From the IMG/VR virus record IMGVR_UViG_2609459792_000007: a stretch of 64,000 bases of DNA. One strand, written 5' to 3'. The translations under genes and the position numbers were made by a program. Source of the DNA: a virus. Its lineage: Duplodnaviria > Heunggongvirae > Uroviricota > Caudoviricetes. The notes under the pieces were generated by a model. It made no database searches, was not told the origin of the DNA, and saw only the letters and a program-made list of their open reading frames with translations. Of the stretch, positions 1 to 10,637 are shown in pieces (the first letter of the stretch is position 1; the number at the start of each line of letters is the position of its first letter).

Positions 1-1
1 T

Positions 2-133
2 GGAATGATTCTTCATCACCAGATCGACCGCCTTAGTTGTCGTGCTTATTACGGCGGGATGTATCAGAAACATACGACGCATCACTTGCGTCACAGAGAC
101 TTGCTCAAGGGAGATGAGACGTGTCTGAGTTAG
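2..133 (+). CDS. C-terminal fragment of upstream gene, possibly tail assembly protein K-like
   Basis: Frame 2 is open from the window edge to TAG at 131-133; position immediately upstream of gpI-like and gpJ-like genes matches lambda K-I-J synteny. No motif recognised in the 44-aa fragment. Confidence 0.3.
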   Translation, partial: GMILHHQIDRLSCRAYYGGMYQKHTTHHLRHRDLLKGDETCLS

Positions 134-711
134 TTCATGTGCAGCTTGGCGGCCCTATGGCCAAACATTTTGGCCGCCACTGGCATCTAAAGGTGCGCAA
201 TACAAAACAGGCTCTGGATTTAATTGAGGCCAACAAGCCAGGGTTTAAAGCATGGATGAAGCGCAACATCAAAACCTATGACAGATACCACATCCAGATC
301 ACCAATAAACAGGGCCACAAGTGGTCTGTGGACGAGAGTGAATATCAGATGATGGGGCAGTCTGACAATATTGCAAAAATCCGCATTACCCCTGTTCCGC
401 GAGGAAGTGGTGGATCTGCTTTTGGATGGTTTCAGACGGTTGTTGGAGCAGTATTAATGGTTGCCTCGATATGGGTGCCCGCTCTTGCGCCTCTCGGTTT
501 GTCACTGATGATGGGCGGTATAGCGCAAATCATATCTCCGCAAGCCACTAACGAAAGTGTGAGGCAGGCGGATAACTCGAACTCTTATTACTTTGATGGA
601 CCTCAAAACACAACAAACCAGGGGAACCCTGTACAGCTTATCTATGGCGAGGAAATTTTAGTTGGCTCACAGGTCGTGAGTTCTTCTATCACCATCGACC
701 AGCTTATGTAA
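121..711 (+). CDS. tail assembly protein I-like
   Basis: 196 aa; C-terminal segment NSYYFDGPQNTTNQGNPVQLIYGEEILVGSQVVSS parallels lambda gpI (..NTYFSSLDNMVAQGNVLPVLYGEMRVGSRVVSQ..) as recalled; hydrophobic Gly/Ala-rich middle; directly upstream of J-like gene. Confidence 0.75.
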   Translation: MSELVHVQLGGPMAKHFGRHWHLKVRNTKQALDLIEANKPGFKAWMKRNIKTYDRYHIQITNKQGHKWSVDESEYQMMGQSDNIAKIRITPVPRGSGGSAFGWFQTVVGAVLMVASIWVPALAPLGLSLMMGGIAQIISPQATNESVRQADNSNSYYFDGPQNTTNQGNPVQLIYGEEILVGSQVVSSSITIDQLM

Positions 712-722
712 TCAAGGATTTT

Positions 723-3700
723 TTGGACATGGAACAGTTCAAGAAGAAAAAATTACCGCTTCTTATTGCCGGTGCTGGTGGCAAGAAAAGTAAAAGCTCC
801 AGCCGTACCCCGGTTGAAGCTGATGATACTGTCAATTCTCGTGCTATGGCAGCCATCCTCGACCTTCTTGGCGAGGGGGTTATCGGTGGCCTGGTAAATG
901 GCGCAAAGTCGATCTTCATCGACGATTTACCGATCTTGAATGAAGATGGCTCTTCCAACTTCAGCGGTATTACATGGGATTTTCGTGACGGCTCACAAGA
1001 CCAGACGCCAATGGCTGGTTTTGATTTTGTTGAAACGCCTAAGTCCGTAAATATTCAGCTTAAAAAAACACACGACGTTACGGTTTCAATCGATAACGAT
1101 GAAGCTGATCGCGTTCGTGTCATCATGAAATTCCCCTCTTTACGTAGCGTTGATAAAAGCTCTGGCGATACAAATGGCACTACGGTGAAGTACAAATTCC
1201 AGATCGCCAACGGAGACGCAACATTTTCTGATGTAGTGGCAGAAGGTGAGAAAAGCGTTGATATCACGCTAACGGCAAAGAAAACAGGCGTGTATTACCG
1301 TAGCTATGAGCTGAAACTACCTAAGCCTGGTCGTGCATACAAGGTTAGGGTGATTCGTCTTACAGATGATAACAGTAGCCAGTACCTCTACAACGACACA
1401 TGGGTTGATTCCATAGGTGAGATTGTCGACACGCCAATGAACTACCCTAACTCTGCTCTTGTTGGCTTGAAGGTCAATTCAGAGCAGTTTGGTAGCACAA
1501 TGCCTTCCCGTTCGTATTTGGTGCGCGGTATCAAAATCCGAGTACCGTCAAACTACAACGAATACACCAATACTTATGTCGGCGTATGGGACGGTACTTT
1601 TAAGCTGTTGTCTTCTTCAAACCCTGCGTGGATTCTCTACGATTTGCTTACCAATACTCGGTATGGTCTTGGGCAATTTGTGTCGGAATCCATGATTGAC
1701 CTCGGCCAGCTCTACCAGATTGGTCGATATTGTGACGAAGAGGTCGATGATGGCTTTGGGGGTAAAGAGAAACGCTTTGCAATCAATACGCAGATCACCA
1801 GTCGACAAGACGCATACCGATTAATTCAGGATATTGCCGGTGCATTCCGCGGCATGGTGTTTTGGGCTGGTGGCATGGTTAACATCATGCAGGATAGCCC
1901 ATCAGATCCGGTAATGATGTTTACCAACTCCAACGTCAAAGATGGACTGTTTACCTATAAAGGTTCTGCGCGTAAAGATCGCCCATCCGTTGCGCTCGTA
2001 ACCTACAACAACAAGGAGGACGGTTATAAGCAAAATATCGAGTACGTTGAAGATCAGGACGCAATGCGCCGTTATGGTGAGCGTAAAACAGAAGTCGTAG
2101 CATTTGGATGTACAAGCCGAGGCCAGGCTCACCGAGTTGGTTTGTGGCTTTTGTATACCGCCAGAATGGAGTCGGATGTAATTACATTTACTGCCGGCTT
2201 AGACGCCTCATTTCTGATGCCCGGTGAAACCGTTCTGATTCAGAACAAATATCGTGCAGGTAAACGTAACTCCGGTCGAATTGTGGAGTTTACCAAAAAC
2301 AGCATCACTCTCGATGCGCCTGTGTCGTTAGCTAAAAGCGGCAGCTTTATTCGGATATTGAATCAGGAAGGCAAAATCGTTGAACGTGATGTTCTTGAAA
2401 CTGGCGAAAACATAACAAAGGTTACGTTTTCAAAAGCTCTGTCGTCAGCGGAAACGCCTGTTTTGAACGGTGTCTGGACAATTACAGAACCAGATCTCGA
2501 ACCTATGCGCGTTCGCATCGTTAACATCGCGCAGGGGGAAACGCCGGGTAGCTTTGACATCACCGCTGTTGAGAACAATCCGTCTAAATATGAGGCAATC
2601 GACAATGGTGCAACGCTTATCCCGCAGAATACGACGGTATTGGACCCGACTTACTCTAAGCCATCTAATTTGCAAATCACTGAAGGGACTTATCTCTCAA
2701 GCCCGGGCAACCTGTCAGTAAAACTGACTGCAACATGGGAAGGAAAATCTCCAGAGTATTGGATCAGTTGGCGACGTTCTGATGAAAACAATGTATCGAA
2801 CTGGCAATCGGCGCGTGTAACCGAAGAGCAATACGAAATCGTTAATGTCGCGGAGAATGGACGCTACGACTTCCAACTGTATGCGGTTTCATTCAACGGT
2901 AAAAAAACAGAGATTATCAGTACCGTTTATCAGGTGTTGGGCACAATGACACCGCCGGATGCCCCAACGTCATTAACGGCCGTTGGAGACTATCGTAATG
3001 TGATACTGAATTGGGTTAATCCAGATTCGGTAGACCTTGATCACATTAATGTTTACGCATCCCAGACCAACAATCTGGATACGGCGAAACTGATCGCAGA
3101 GTCTGCAAGCACCACCTTTACACATGCTGGTCTTGGGGATAGCGAAACGTGGTATTACTGGGTTCGAGCATCGAACAAGCGAGGTATGTTAAGCCCTCCG
3201 AACTCAAACTTGGGTACAGAGGCGACAACTCGCGATGTACTGTCGTTCCTGGCTGGCAAAATTACATCTTCCGAGCTTGGTCAGGCTCTGCTTGAGGACA
3301 TCAACAGTAAAGCCTCTCAAGAAGCAGTTGACGAGTTAAATGAGCATATCAACCAGAGCGTCGAATCTTTGGAGGGGTCGGTAAACGACGTTAAGGAAGA
3401 TATAGCTGAATTAGATAAGCAGTTCAGCGATAACCTCGCGGGTTTTGAAATAAAATTCAACGAGCGTAGCGATGCTTTGGAGAACGCACAAACCGAGCTT
3501 AAAGGTGAGGTTTCGGCAACGATCGACAAGGTCAATGAAGCGTTTGAAAAAATTGATGCTACTGATGCTGCAATTGTTGAAATCGAAAACACCGTATCTG
3601 AACACGATAAAGCTCTCGCTAATACAGTCGAGGCAATAAAGGCTGCAAGAGACGAAGCGGCGGCTCTTATTGCTAAGGAAAGCGAGGCTCGTGTAGAAGG

Positions 3701-5453
3701 TGATGCCGCAAACGCTAAACAACTGGAAGTGTTGCAGTCGACGGTAGAGGAAAGTTCCGCAGCTGTTGAAGAAATGAAAAAGACGGTTGCAGAGGTCGAT
3801 CGTGCCAGTGCAGAACTGACTACGAACATTGAGGCGTTAGCCAAAACAAATATTGACCTGGCTCTTCGTCAAGATGAAGACCAGCACAAGCAGATGGTCA
3901 ATAACGCGAAGATCGCAACAACACAGAAAACCTTTGCTGATGATATGTCTGCAATGGCCACGAAGGTTGAGGAAATTCGCGTAGAAATTGGCGAAGACAT
4001 TAAGGCCAGTATTCTGGAAGAGTCCACCGCTCGTGCCGATGGCGATGAAGCGTTGGCAAAGCGTGTCACTCAGCTGCAATCTAAGTTTGAAGGAGATATC
4101 AGCGCGGCGATTAGTACAGAACAGGAGGCTCGTACATCTGCCGATGAAGCTTTGACGAAACAAATAACTCAGCTTGAGTCGAAAGTAAGCAACGATATTG
4201 TCGCAGCCATTAAGGAAGAGCAAGAAGCCCGAGCAACGGAAGATTCGGCTCTGGCAAGCCAGATCACCCAACTTCAGGCAAAAGTTGATGATGATATTTC
4301 TGCTGCAATACGCAGTGAGCAGGAGGCGCGTGCGAGCGGAGACTCTGCGTTAGCTAAACAAATAAACCAGCTTCAAGCAAAGGTTGACGGTGATATATCC
4401 GCCGCCATCACTCAGGAGCAGGAGGCCAGAGCAAGTGCTGACGAGGCGCTCTCACGAGAAATTAACAGCCTGCGGGCGCAGACCGGAACTGACATTGCCG
4501 CAGCCGTTGCTGTAGAGACAAAGGCAAGGACTGACGCCGATAGTGCATTGTCCAGCCAGATTACATCTCTTACAGCAAAAGCTAATGATCTCGAGGCGTC
4601 TCTTGCCAAAGAAACAACGGCTCGTGCAGATGGCGATACCGCTTTAACAAAAGAGGTTTCAAGTTTAAAAGCACAGACTGCGAAAGATATTAGTGCGGCC
4701 GTTGCAGTGGAAACGCAGGCTCGAACTGATGCTGACTCGGCGCTATCGTCTCAGATCACCAAGCTGACCTCTCAATACAAAGAGGATATTAAAGCGGCTG
4801 TAGCAACCGAAACGAAAACGCGTACAGAGCAAGATGCGGCACTGGCGACTCAAATCACAAACTTAGAGTCTCAAACAGCAGCCAACATTTCTGCGGCGGT
4901 CACAACTGAAACGACAGCGAGAACGCAGGCAGATAATGCACTAAGTGGGCGAATCGATACTCTGAAAGCAGAGGTGGATGGAAATACCGCGACAATTCAA
5001 CAGCAGGCAACAGCCATTGCTGATACCAACAAAAAAGTCTCAACCGCGTGGACGTTGAAAATGGAGACTTCAACGAGCGGAGGGCAGAAGTATGTTGCCG
5101 GTATTGCGCTTGGTATCGACACCACCGGTCTTTCTCAGTTTTTGGTGCAGGCGGACAGATTTGGTTTGGTCAACTCTGTTAACGGGAAGATCACCACGCC
5201 ATTTGTTATCGAAAACAGTATCGCCTATATGAATGGTGCGTATATCAAGGATGGCACAATCACCAATGCAAAAGTAGGCGATCTGCAATCTACCAATTTT
5301 GTTAGCGGTAGATCTGGATGGCGGTTCGGCAAAAATGGAACGCTTGAGATCAACGGTAATAGCGGCGGCAATGGGCGACTGGTCATAAATGGTCAGCGGA
5401 TTGACGTTTATGACGATAACAACGTCCTACGAGTAAGAATTGGCCTTCTGTGA
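723..5453 (+). CDS. host specificity protein J-like central tail fibre
   Basis: 1576 aa; N-terminal third carries lambda gpJ-like motifs (NPAWILYDLLTNTRYGLG, FRGMVFWAGGMV); central Ala/Glu-rich tandem repeat stalk; follows I-like gene. Confidence 0.85.
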   Translation: MDMEQFKKKKLPLLIAGAGGKKSKSSSRTPVEADDTVNSRAMAAILDLLGEGVIGGLVNGAKSIFIDDLPILNEDGSSNFSGITWDFRDGSQDQTPMAGFDFVETPKSVNIQLKKTHDVTVSIDNDEADRVRVIMKFPSLRSVDKSSGDTNGTTVKYKFQIANGDATFSDVVAEGEKSVDITLTAKKTGVYYRSYELKLPKPGRAYKVRVIRLTDDNSSQYLYNDTWVDSIGEIVDTPMNYPNSALVGLKVNSEQFGSTMPSRSYLVRGIKIRVPSNYNEYTNTYVGVWDGTFKLLSSSNPAWILYDLLTNTRYGLGQFVSESMIDLGQLYQIGRYCDEEVDDGFGGKEKRFAINTQITSRQDAYRLIQDIAGAFRGMVFWAGGMVNIMQDSPSDPVMMFTNSNVKDGLFTYKGSARKDRPSVALVTYNNKEDGYKQNIEYVEDQDAMRRYGERKTEVVAFGCTSRGQAHRVGLWLLYTARMESDVITFTAGLDASFLMPGETVLIQNKYRAGKRNSGRIVEFTKNSITLDAPVSLAKSGSFIRILNQEGKIVERDVLETGENITKVTFSKALSSAETPVLNGVWTITEPDLEPMRVRIVNIAQGETPGSFDITAVENNPSKYEAIDNGATLIPQNTTVLDPTYSKPSNLQITEGTYLSSPGNLSVKLTATWEGKSPEYWISWRRSDENNVSNWQSARVTEEQYEIVNVAENGRYDFQLYAVSFNGKKTEIISTVYQVLGTMTPPDAPTSLTAVGDYRNVILNWVNPDSVDLDHINVYASQTNNLDTAKLIAESASTTFTHAGLGDSETWYYWVRASNKRGMLSPPNSNLGTEATTRDVLSFLAGKITSSELGQALLEDINSKASQEAVDELNEHINQSVESLEGSVNDVKEDIAELDKQFSDNLAGFEIKFNERSDALENAQTELKGEVSATIDKVNEAFEKIDATDAAIVEIENTVSEHDKALANTVEAIKAARDEAAALIAKESEARVEGDAANAKQLEVLQSTVEESSAAVEEMKKTVAEVDRASAELTTNIEALAKTNIDLALRQDEDQHKQMVNNAKIATTQKTFADDMSAMATKVEEIRVEIGEDIKASILEESTARADGDEALAKRVTQLQSKFEGDISAAISTEQEARTSADEALTKQITQLESKVSNDIVAAIKEEQEARATEDSALASQITQLQAKVDDDISAAIRSEQEARASGDSALAKQINQLQAKVDGDISAAITQEQEARASADEALSREINSLRAQTGTDIAAAVAVETKARTDADSALSSQITSLTAKANDLEASLAKETTARADGDTALTKEVSSLKAQTAKDISAAVAVETQARTDADSALSSQITKLTSQYKEDIKAAVATETKTRTEQDAALATQITNLESQTAANISAAVTTETTARTQADNALSGRIDTLKAEVDGNTATIQQQATAIADTNKKVSTAWTLKMETSTSGGQKYVAGIALGIDTTGLSQFLVQADRFGLVNSVNGKITTPFVIENSIAYMNGAYIKDGTITNAKVGDLQSTNFVSGRSGWRFGKNGTLEINGNSGGNGRLVINGQRIDVYDDNNVLRVRIGLL
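4000..4990 (+). repeat. tandem coding repeats of about 93 bp (about 31 aa) inside the J-like gene
   Basis: About 12-14 consecutive units of the form DISAAI..EQEAR..AD.AL..QIT.L.AKV in the translation; predicted coiled coil. Boundaries approximate. Confidence 0.7.
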
Positions 5454-5546
5454 TGGTAGAAAAAAATATTTATATCGGTAAAAATAAGTAGGTACTTACT
5501 TAATGGTGGGCAAGGATAGCCCACCAAATCAAGGAGCATATTCAAC

Positions 5547-8500
5547 ATGTGGTACAGGGAAGGTACTATCACATTTACACAGGGTAGTAATACTCTGGTT
5601 GGGGTTGGGACAGCCTGGAACGTAACAGCTAATGGTGTGTTGCCGGGGATGATCGTCATTGGCCCCGACAATAAGCTGTATGAGATCAAGCGCGTAACAA
5701 GCGATACGAACATTGTTCTCTCAGAACCTTATACCGGTGAAACTCAGTCTGAAGTTCCGTGCCGAATCATTACTACCTATGAAGGCGACTTAACACAGTT
5801 TAGCGCGCGCTTTACCGCGCTAATGTCGCGTATGTCGGCTGATTCCAAGTCCATGCGTAGTTGGTTGACTGCTCTGGATGAGGTGACAATCGAGCGTGAA
5901 GACGGTACAGAAGTGACCGTTAAGCCGCTGATGCAGATCGTCAACGAGCACAACGAAAACGTTGAGTGGTATAAAAATAACACTGACGCGATTGATGCCG
6001 CTGGTGACAAAGCTCGTGAGGCGGCGGCCAGTGCTGCCGCAGCAGCAGAAAGCGCCAATACCGCTGGAGAAAAAGCATCTCAAGCGTCTCAAAGTGCATC
6101 CGCTGCGGCATCCTCACAAAGTGCCGCAAGTGCGAGTGCAACTGCTGCGAAAAAATCTGAAACGAACGCAGAATCAGCATATCTATCGGCAGCAGAATCA
6201 GCGTCTGTAGCGTCGACCAAAGCATCGGAGGCAGCAACATCTGCGTCCAGTGCCTCTGCATCTAAGGATGCAGCCAAAGCATCAGAGACTAACGCTTCAT
6301 CGAGTGCAAACGCGGCTGCATCATTTGCAACAGAAGCTGAAAATTCGTCTAAGGCAGCAAAAGCGTCAGAGACAAACGCAAAAGCATCTGAAACGGCAGC
6401 CGGGCAGAGTGCATCGTCTGCAAACAGTTCGAAATCTGCGGCAGAAGCGTCAGCAAGCGCAGCCTCAGCAAGTGCGGATAGTGCTTCATCAAGTGCAACT
6501 GCGGCAGGAAAATCTGCGGAAAGCGCGTCGTCATCAGCGACAACAGCTACCGCAAAAGCGACTGAGGCGACGAATCAGGCTACAGCTGCTAAAAATTCAG
6601 CATCGGCAGCAAAATCCTCTGAAACAAATGCAAAGGCTTCTGAAGATAATGCCGCTTCCTCTAAAGAGGCAGCTGCTGAATCTGCAAGTTCTGCGTCTGC
6701 ATCAGCCACCTCGGCATCTGCTTCAAAAGATGAGGCGACCAAGCAGGCATCAGCTGCGAAGGGGAGTGCTTCAACGGCATCCACGAAAGCAACAGAGGCG
6801 GCAGGTAGTGCGACGGCTGCATCTCAGAGCAAAGCTGCTGCTGAATCCGCTGCGACCCGTGCAGAAGCTGCCGCTGATCGTGCTGAAGAGATCGCCGGTG
6901 CAGTTGCGATGGAAGACGCAAGCCTTACCACCAAAGGTGTTGTGAAACTTAGCAGTGCTGTCGATAGCACCAGTGAATCGCTGGCCGCAACGCCAAAGGC
7001 AGTTAAAGCAGTCAATGACAATGCGAACAGCAGGGTGCCATCTAACCGAAAAATTAACGGGAAAGCACTGACTGCGGATATCACATTAACGCCGAAAGAT
7101 ATTGGTACTTTAAATTCAATAACGATGTCTTTCTCTGGCGGGGCCGGGTGGTTCAAACTGGCTACTGTTACAATGCCACAAGCGAGTTCCATCGTTTACA
7201 TCGCATTGATTGGTGGCGCTGGTTACAACGTCGGCTCCCCACATCAGGCAGGCATTTCAGAACTGGTTCTACGAGCAGGCAATGGAAACCCCAAAGGGAT
7301 TACAGGTGCTTTGTGGAAGCGTACAGCTGTCGGATTAACGAATTTCGCCTGGATCAACACATCCGGCGATACATATGATATTTACGTTGAAATTGGCAAT
7401 TATGCGACGAGTGTAAATATCCATTGGGATTGTACTGCAAATGCGTCAGTTTCTATTTATACATCGCCAACATATTCAGCGAGTAAGCCTTCCAGCGTTA
7501 CCGATGGTGTTGTTTATACGTTGTATAGCACACATCAGAAACCGACGCCGTTAGATATTGGAGCACTGCCAACAACCGGAGGAACAGTTTCAGGTCCGTT
7601 GTCTGTTACTGGTGGGATCACCGGAACATTAAATGGTAATGCAAGTACAGCAACGAAATTGCAGACGGCAAGATCTATCGGTGGAGTTGTTTTCGACGGT
7701 TCTGCAAATATTAACCTTCCAGGTGTAAACACTACGGGTAATCAGAACACCACTGGTAATGCTGCAACTGCTACAAAACTTCAGACGGCACGCACAATTG
7801 GCGGGGTAGCATTTGATGGCAGTGTCAATATCGACCTGCCGGGCGTGAATAAAGCAGGCAATCAGAGCACTACCGGCAATGCTGCAACCGCTACAAAACT
7901 ACAGACAGCGCGTACAATCAACGGTGTTAAGTTTGATGGTTCTGCGGACATAACGCTGACTCCTGCGAACCTTGACGTATACAGCAAAAGCGAAATAGAC
8001 AATAAAAAAGGGATGAGAAAATACACTTTTTCAGCGCCTGCAAATGCAGTAAGCGGTAAGTGGTATCCTATAGTCTTTCGCCGATCTGGAGGCAGTACCG
8101 ATGAATTAGCCTCACGAGTTGTGATAACTACTTATTCCTCAGCTGGCGGATACGCCATGAATAATTGTGAATTTAATGGGTTTGTTATGCCTGGCGGTTG
8201 GTCTGATCGCGGTTCATATGCGGCTGGTTTTTTCTCAATATATTCTACTGCTGAGCGAGCTATACACTCGATTATTTCAAGTGTGAAAGATGACGATTTG
8301 TGTAGTGTATTTTACGTTGAAGCCAGAGCATTCCCTATCAAGATATTTGCTGAGGAGGGCTTGAACGTAATTGTTCCAACGGCTGATTATGCAGTTGGTC
8401 AAACCACTTATAAGTGGGGGGCAACTGATCCTTTATCAGAAAGTACGAATGCACAGATAATTTTGGACTTTAAAAATGGACGAGGTTATTACTGTTCACA

Positions 8501-9704
8501 TCCATTTATTTCAAGTCTTTCAGGAAATGCTGCTACAGCAACGAAATTGCAGACTGCAAGAACTATCGGCGGCGTGGCCTTCGATGGATCTGCGAACATA
8601 AATTTGCCTGGTGTAAACACGGCAGGTAATCAGAATACAACGGGCAACGCGGCTACTGCTACGAAGTTGCAAACAGCGAGAAACATCAATGGTGTTAAGT
8701 TTGATGGCTCAGGCGATATCAACATTAATACATTGGTATCTCGTGGCCGAGTTACGGCGTTAAGCGGCTCTACTCAAGGCACTGCTGGCATTCAAATGTA
8801 CGAGGCGTACAACAATAGTTATCCGACCACGTATGGCAACGTATTGCACATGAAAGGTGCGAGTGCTGCTGGTGAGGGCGAGTTGCTTATTGGCTGGAGT
8901 GGTACGAGCGGTGCACATGCGCCGGTTTTCATTCGCTCCCGAAGAGATACCACTGATGCGGCATGGTCAGCGTGGGCGCAGGTATATACCGCTAAGGATT
9001 CAATCCCTGGTGTGAATACAACCGGTAATCAGAACACTACTGGTAATGCCGCAACCGCCACAAAATTGCAGACAGCAAGGAAAATTGCTGGTGTGGCGTT
9101 TGATGGCTCTGCCGATATTACTTTGACTGCGGCTAACCTTAATGCTTACACGAAAACAGAGGTAACAAACCTTCTAAGTTCCTATGCAAGCAGATCATCA
9201 CTGACAGGCTATAGTGGCAACCTGGATATTATTGCTGAAACACTGGTTGTCAAATCAGGCGGTAGTGGAGGGTTTGCTATATGGGATATTGGCACAACTA
9301 CTAGCGGTGCCAATATGTACATTGATCCAAACCCAGGTATCAATACAGTTTGGCGTTCAACATCTTCAAGGCGCTATAAAAAGGATATTGAAACATTACA
9401 AGATCGATATGCTGATGAACTTTTGTCATTAAGACCTGTTTGGTATCGTTCAATTTGTCGAGGTGACCGAAAGGATTGGGGGTATTACGGCCTTATTGCT
9501 GAAGAGGTTGGTGAGATTGCCCCGCAATATGTCCATTGGCGTGAACCAACAAATAATGATTCTCCAGAAGATATTTCCTCCAATGGTATGGTCGCTGAAG
9601 GAGTGATGTATGAACGTTTGGTTGTACCACTCATTCATCATATTCAGCAATTGACCAAAAGGGTTGAGGAGCTTGAAAAGAAGTTAAATTCACCTAAAGA
9701 ATAA
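5547..9704 (+). CDS. side tail fibre protein (Stf-like N-terminus, repeat shaft, C-terminal intramolecular chaperone-like domain)
   Basis: 1385 aa; Ala/Ser-rich region ending ..GSASTASTKATEAAGSA..SQSKAAAESAA..KGVVKLSSAVDSTSESLAATPKAVKAV resembles lambda Stf N-terminus as recalled; five or more copies of NAATATKLQTAR..GV.FDGS..I.LPGVNT.GNQNTTG; C-terminal about 130 aa resemble the self-cleaving chaperone domains of tailspikes and L-shaped fibres. Confidence 0.8.
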   Translation: MWYREGTITFTQGSNTLVGVGTAWNVTANGVLPGMIVIGPDNKLYEIKRVTSDTNIVLSEPYTGETQSEVPCRIITTYEGDLTQFSARFTALMSRMSADSKSMRSWLTALDEVTIEREDGTEVTVKPLMQIVNEHNENVEWYKNNTDAIDAAGDKAREAAASAAAAAESANTAGEKASQASQSASAAASSQSAASASATAAKKSETNAESAYLSAAESASVASTKASEAATSASSASASKDAAKASETNASSSANAAASFATEAENSSKAAKASETNAKASETAAGQSASSANSSKSAAEASASAASASADSASSSATAAGKSAESASSSATTATAKATEATNQATAAKNSASAAKSSETNAKASEDNAASSKEAAAESASSASASATSASASKDEATKQASAAKGSASTASTKATEAAGSATAASQSKAAAESAATRAEAAADRAEEIAGAVAMEDASLTTKGVVKLSSAVDSTSESLAATPKAVKAVNDNANSRVPSNRKINGKALTADITLTPKDIGTLNSITMSFSGGAGWFKLATVTMPQASSIVYIALIGGAGYNVGSPHQAGISELVLRAGNGNPKGITGALWKRTAVGLTNFAWINTSGDTYDIYVEIGNYATSVNIHWDCTANASVSIYTSPTYSASKPSSVTDGVVYTLYSTHQKPTPLDIGALPTTGGTVSGPLSVTGGITGTLNGNASTATKLQTARSIGGVVFDGSANINLPGVNTTGNQNTTGNAATATKLQTARTIGGVAFDGSVNIDLPGVNKAGNQSTTGNAATATKLQTARTINGVKFDGSADITLTPANLDVYSKSEIDNKKGMRKYTFSAPANAVSGKWYPIVFRRSGGSTDELASRVVITTYSSAGGYAMNNCEFNGFVMPGGWSDRGSYAAGFFSIYSTAERAIHSIISSVKDDDLCSVFYVEARAFPIKIFAEEGLNVIVPTADYAVGQTTYKWGATDPLSESTNAQIILDFKNGRGYYCSHPFISSLSGNAATATKLQTARTIGGVAFDGSANINLPGVNTAGNQNTTGNAATATKLQTARNINGVKFDGSGDININTLVSRGRVTALSGSTQGTAGIQMYEAYNNSYPTTYGNVLHMKGASAAGEGELLIGWSGTSGAHAPVFIRSRRDTTDAAWSAWAQVYTAKDSIPGVNTTGNQNTTGNAATATKLQTARKIAGVAFDGSADITLTAANLNAYTKTEVTNLLSSYASRSSLTGYSGNLDIIAETLVVKSGGSGGFAIWDIGTTTSGANMYIDPNPGINTVWRSTSSRRYKKDIETLQDRYADELLSLRPVWYRSICRGDRKDWGYYGLIAEEVGEIAPQYVHWREPTNNDSPEDISSNGMVAEGVMYERLVVPLIHHIQQLTKRVEELEKKLNSPKE

Positions 9705-9716
9705 ACAACTTCAATC

Positions 9717-9739
9717 GGGGCTGGAACTAAACCAGCCCC
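9717..9739 (+). terminator. hairpin downstream of tail fibre gene
   Basis: GGGGCTGG-AACTAAA-CCAGCCCC; weak U-tract follows. Confidence 0.4.
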
Positions 9740-9764
9740 TGCTTAAAAGTATAAGGATATATTT

Positions 9765-10019
9765 ATGAGCTATGGTGCACAGGTTTGGTCGCCATCAAGA
9801 CAGGAGATGGTCGATGCGTTGGCCCCTGTTTATTACCTCGATTATTTTACTCCCTCTGGTTCTGGAAGTAGAACATATGAGGTTGAGGCGGGATTGGGAA
9901 TCGACTATTACATAATGGACGTAACCAATGGGAAATACACAAGTCTTACGGTTTCTGGAAATACCATTTCATGGTCTGGAGCTAGTGGCAATTTAAACAT
10001 ATTGGTTTTTCAAAAATAA
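9765..10019 (+). CDS. hypothetical protein
   Basis: 84-aa ORF after the tail fibre gene; AT-rich; no motif recognised. Confidence 0.45.
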   Translation: MSYGAQVWSPSRQEMVDALAPVYYLDYFTPSGSGSRTYEVEAGLGIDYYIMDVTNGKYTSLTVSGNTISWSGASGNLNILVFQK

Positions 10020-10627
10020 TGTACGGAAGCAAGATATATCGATCTGACGGGAAGGTCTGGATGTCTCCTTCTTTGTCTCCTATCGTTTTTCAGAGAAAGC
10101 AGGTTGTTTCTTTGTCTGGCGGGACAGAGTTTAACACCCAAATATCTCCAGATCGTTCACCGATGATTTTTGTTGCCTATTCGAAAGCTGTTTCATTAAT
10201 AGCCAACAGAATAGTGCGTAACAACCAGGTGATTTACAGTTTCGGAGGTCAGGGTAGCGACTCTAGTGCCACGATATACGTATTTTCGAAAGGTATAGCC
10301 AAAAAAGAAACTTGGGGCATGAGTTTTTTCAATGCGCGAGGAGAGGAGATCTATAATACGGCAAATATCCCACTTTCATTTACCTTTCTTAATAATACGG
10401 AGTGGAACAGTTCTGGAGGGCATGTTTTTGATTACCCGCCAGCGATAATCCCAACATATGCAAATGTGTTCGCGGTTCCAGTACCGGGCGGGGCCATGAC
10501 AATGGTTTATGGATATGCGGCATATGGAAATACTGTTAGTTCCATATTCGTAAACCAACTTAATGGCGGCCATAGTTTTAGCGTAAATGGCAGAGTACCG
10601 GTAATAAATAGAAATCTGTATAACTGA
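10019..10627 (+). CDS. hypothetical protein
   Basis: 202-aa ORF, start overlaps previous stop; no motif recognised. Confidence 0.5.
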   Translation: MYGSKIYRSDGKVWMSPSLSPIVFQRKQVVSLSGGTEFNTQISPDRSPMIFVAYSKAVSLIANRIVRNNQVIYSFGGQGSDSSATIYVFSKGIAKKETWGMSFFNARGEEIYNTANIPLSFTFLNNTEWNSSGGHVFDYPPAIIPTYANVFAVPVPGGAMTMVYGYAAYGNTVSSIFVNQLNGGHSFSVNGRVPVINRNLYN

Positions 10628-10637
10628 TGAGTAAACG

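Noticed and set aside
3317-4271. Minus-strand ORFs of 103-175 aa inside the J-like gene
   Set aside because: They lie antisense to a homology-supported 1576-aa gene within the low-complexity repeat region, where long open frames arise by composition alone.
5777-7192. Multiple overlapping ORFs on both strands inside the tail fibre gene (e.g. 6250-6945 +, 6824-7192 -)
   Set aside because: Artefacts of the Ala/Ser-rich repetitive coding sequence; the Stf-like frame is the only one with recognisable motifs.
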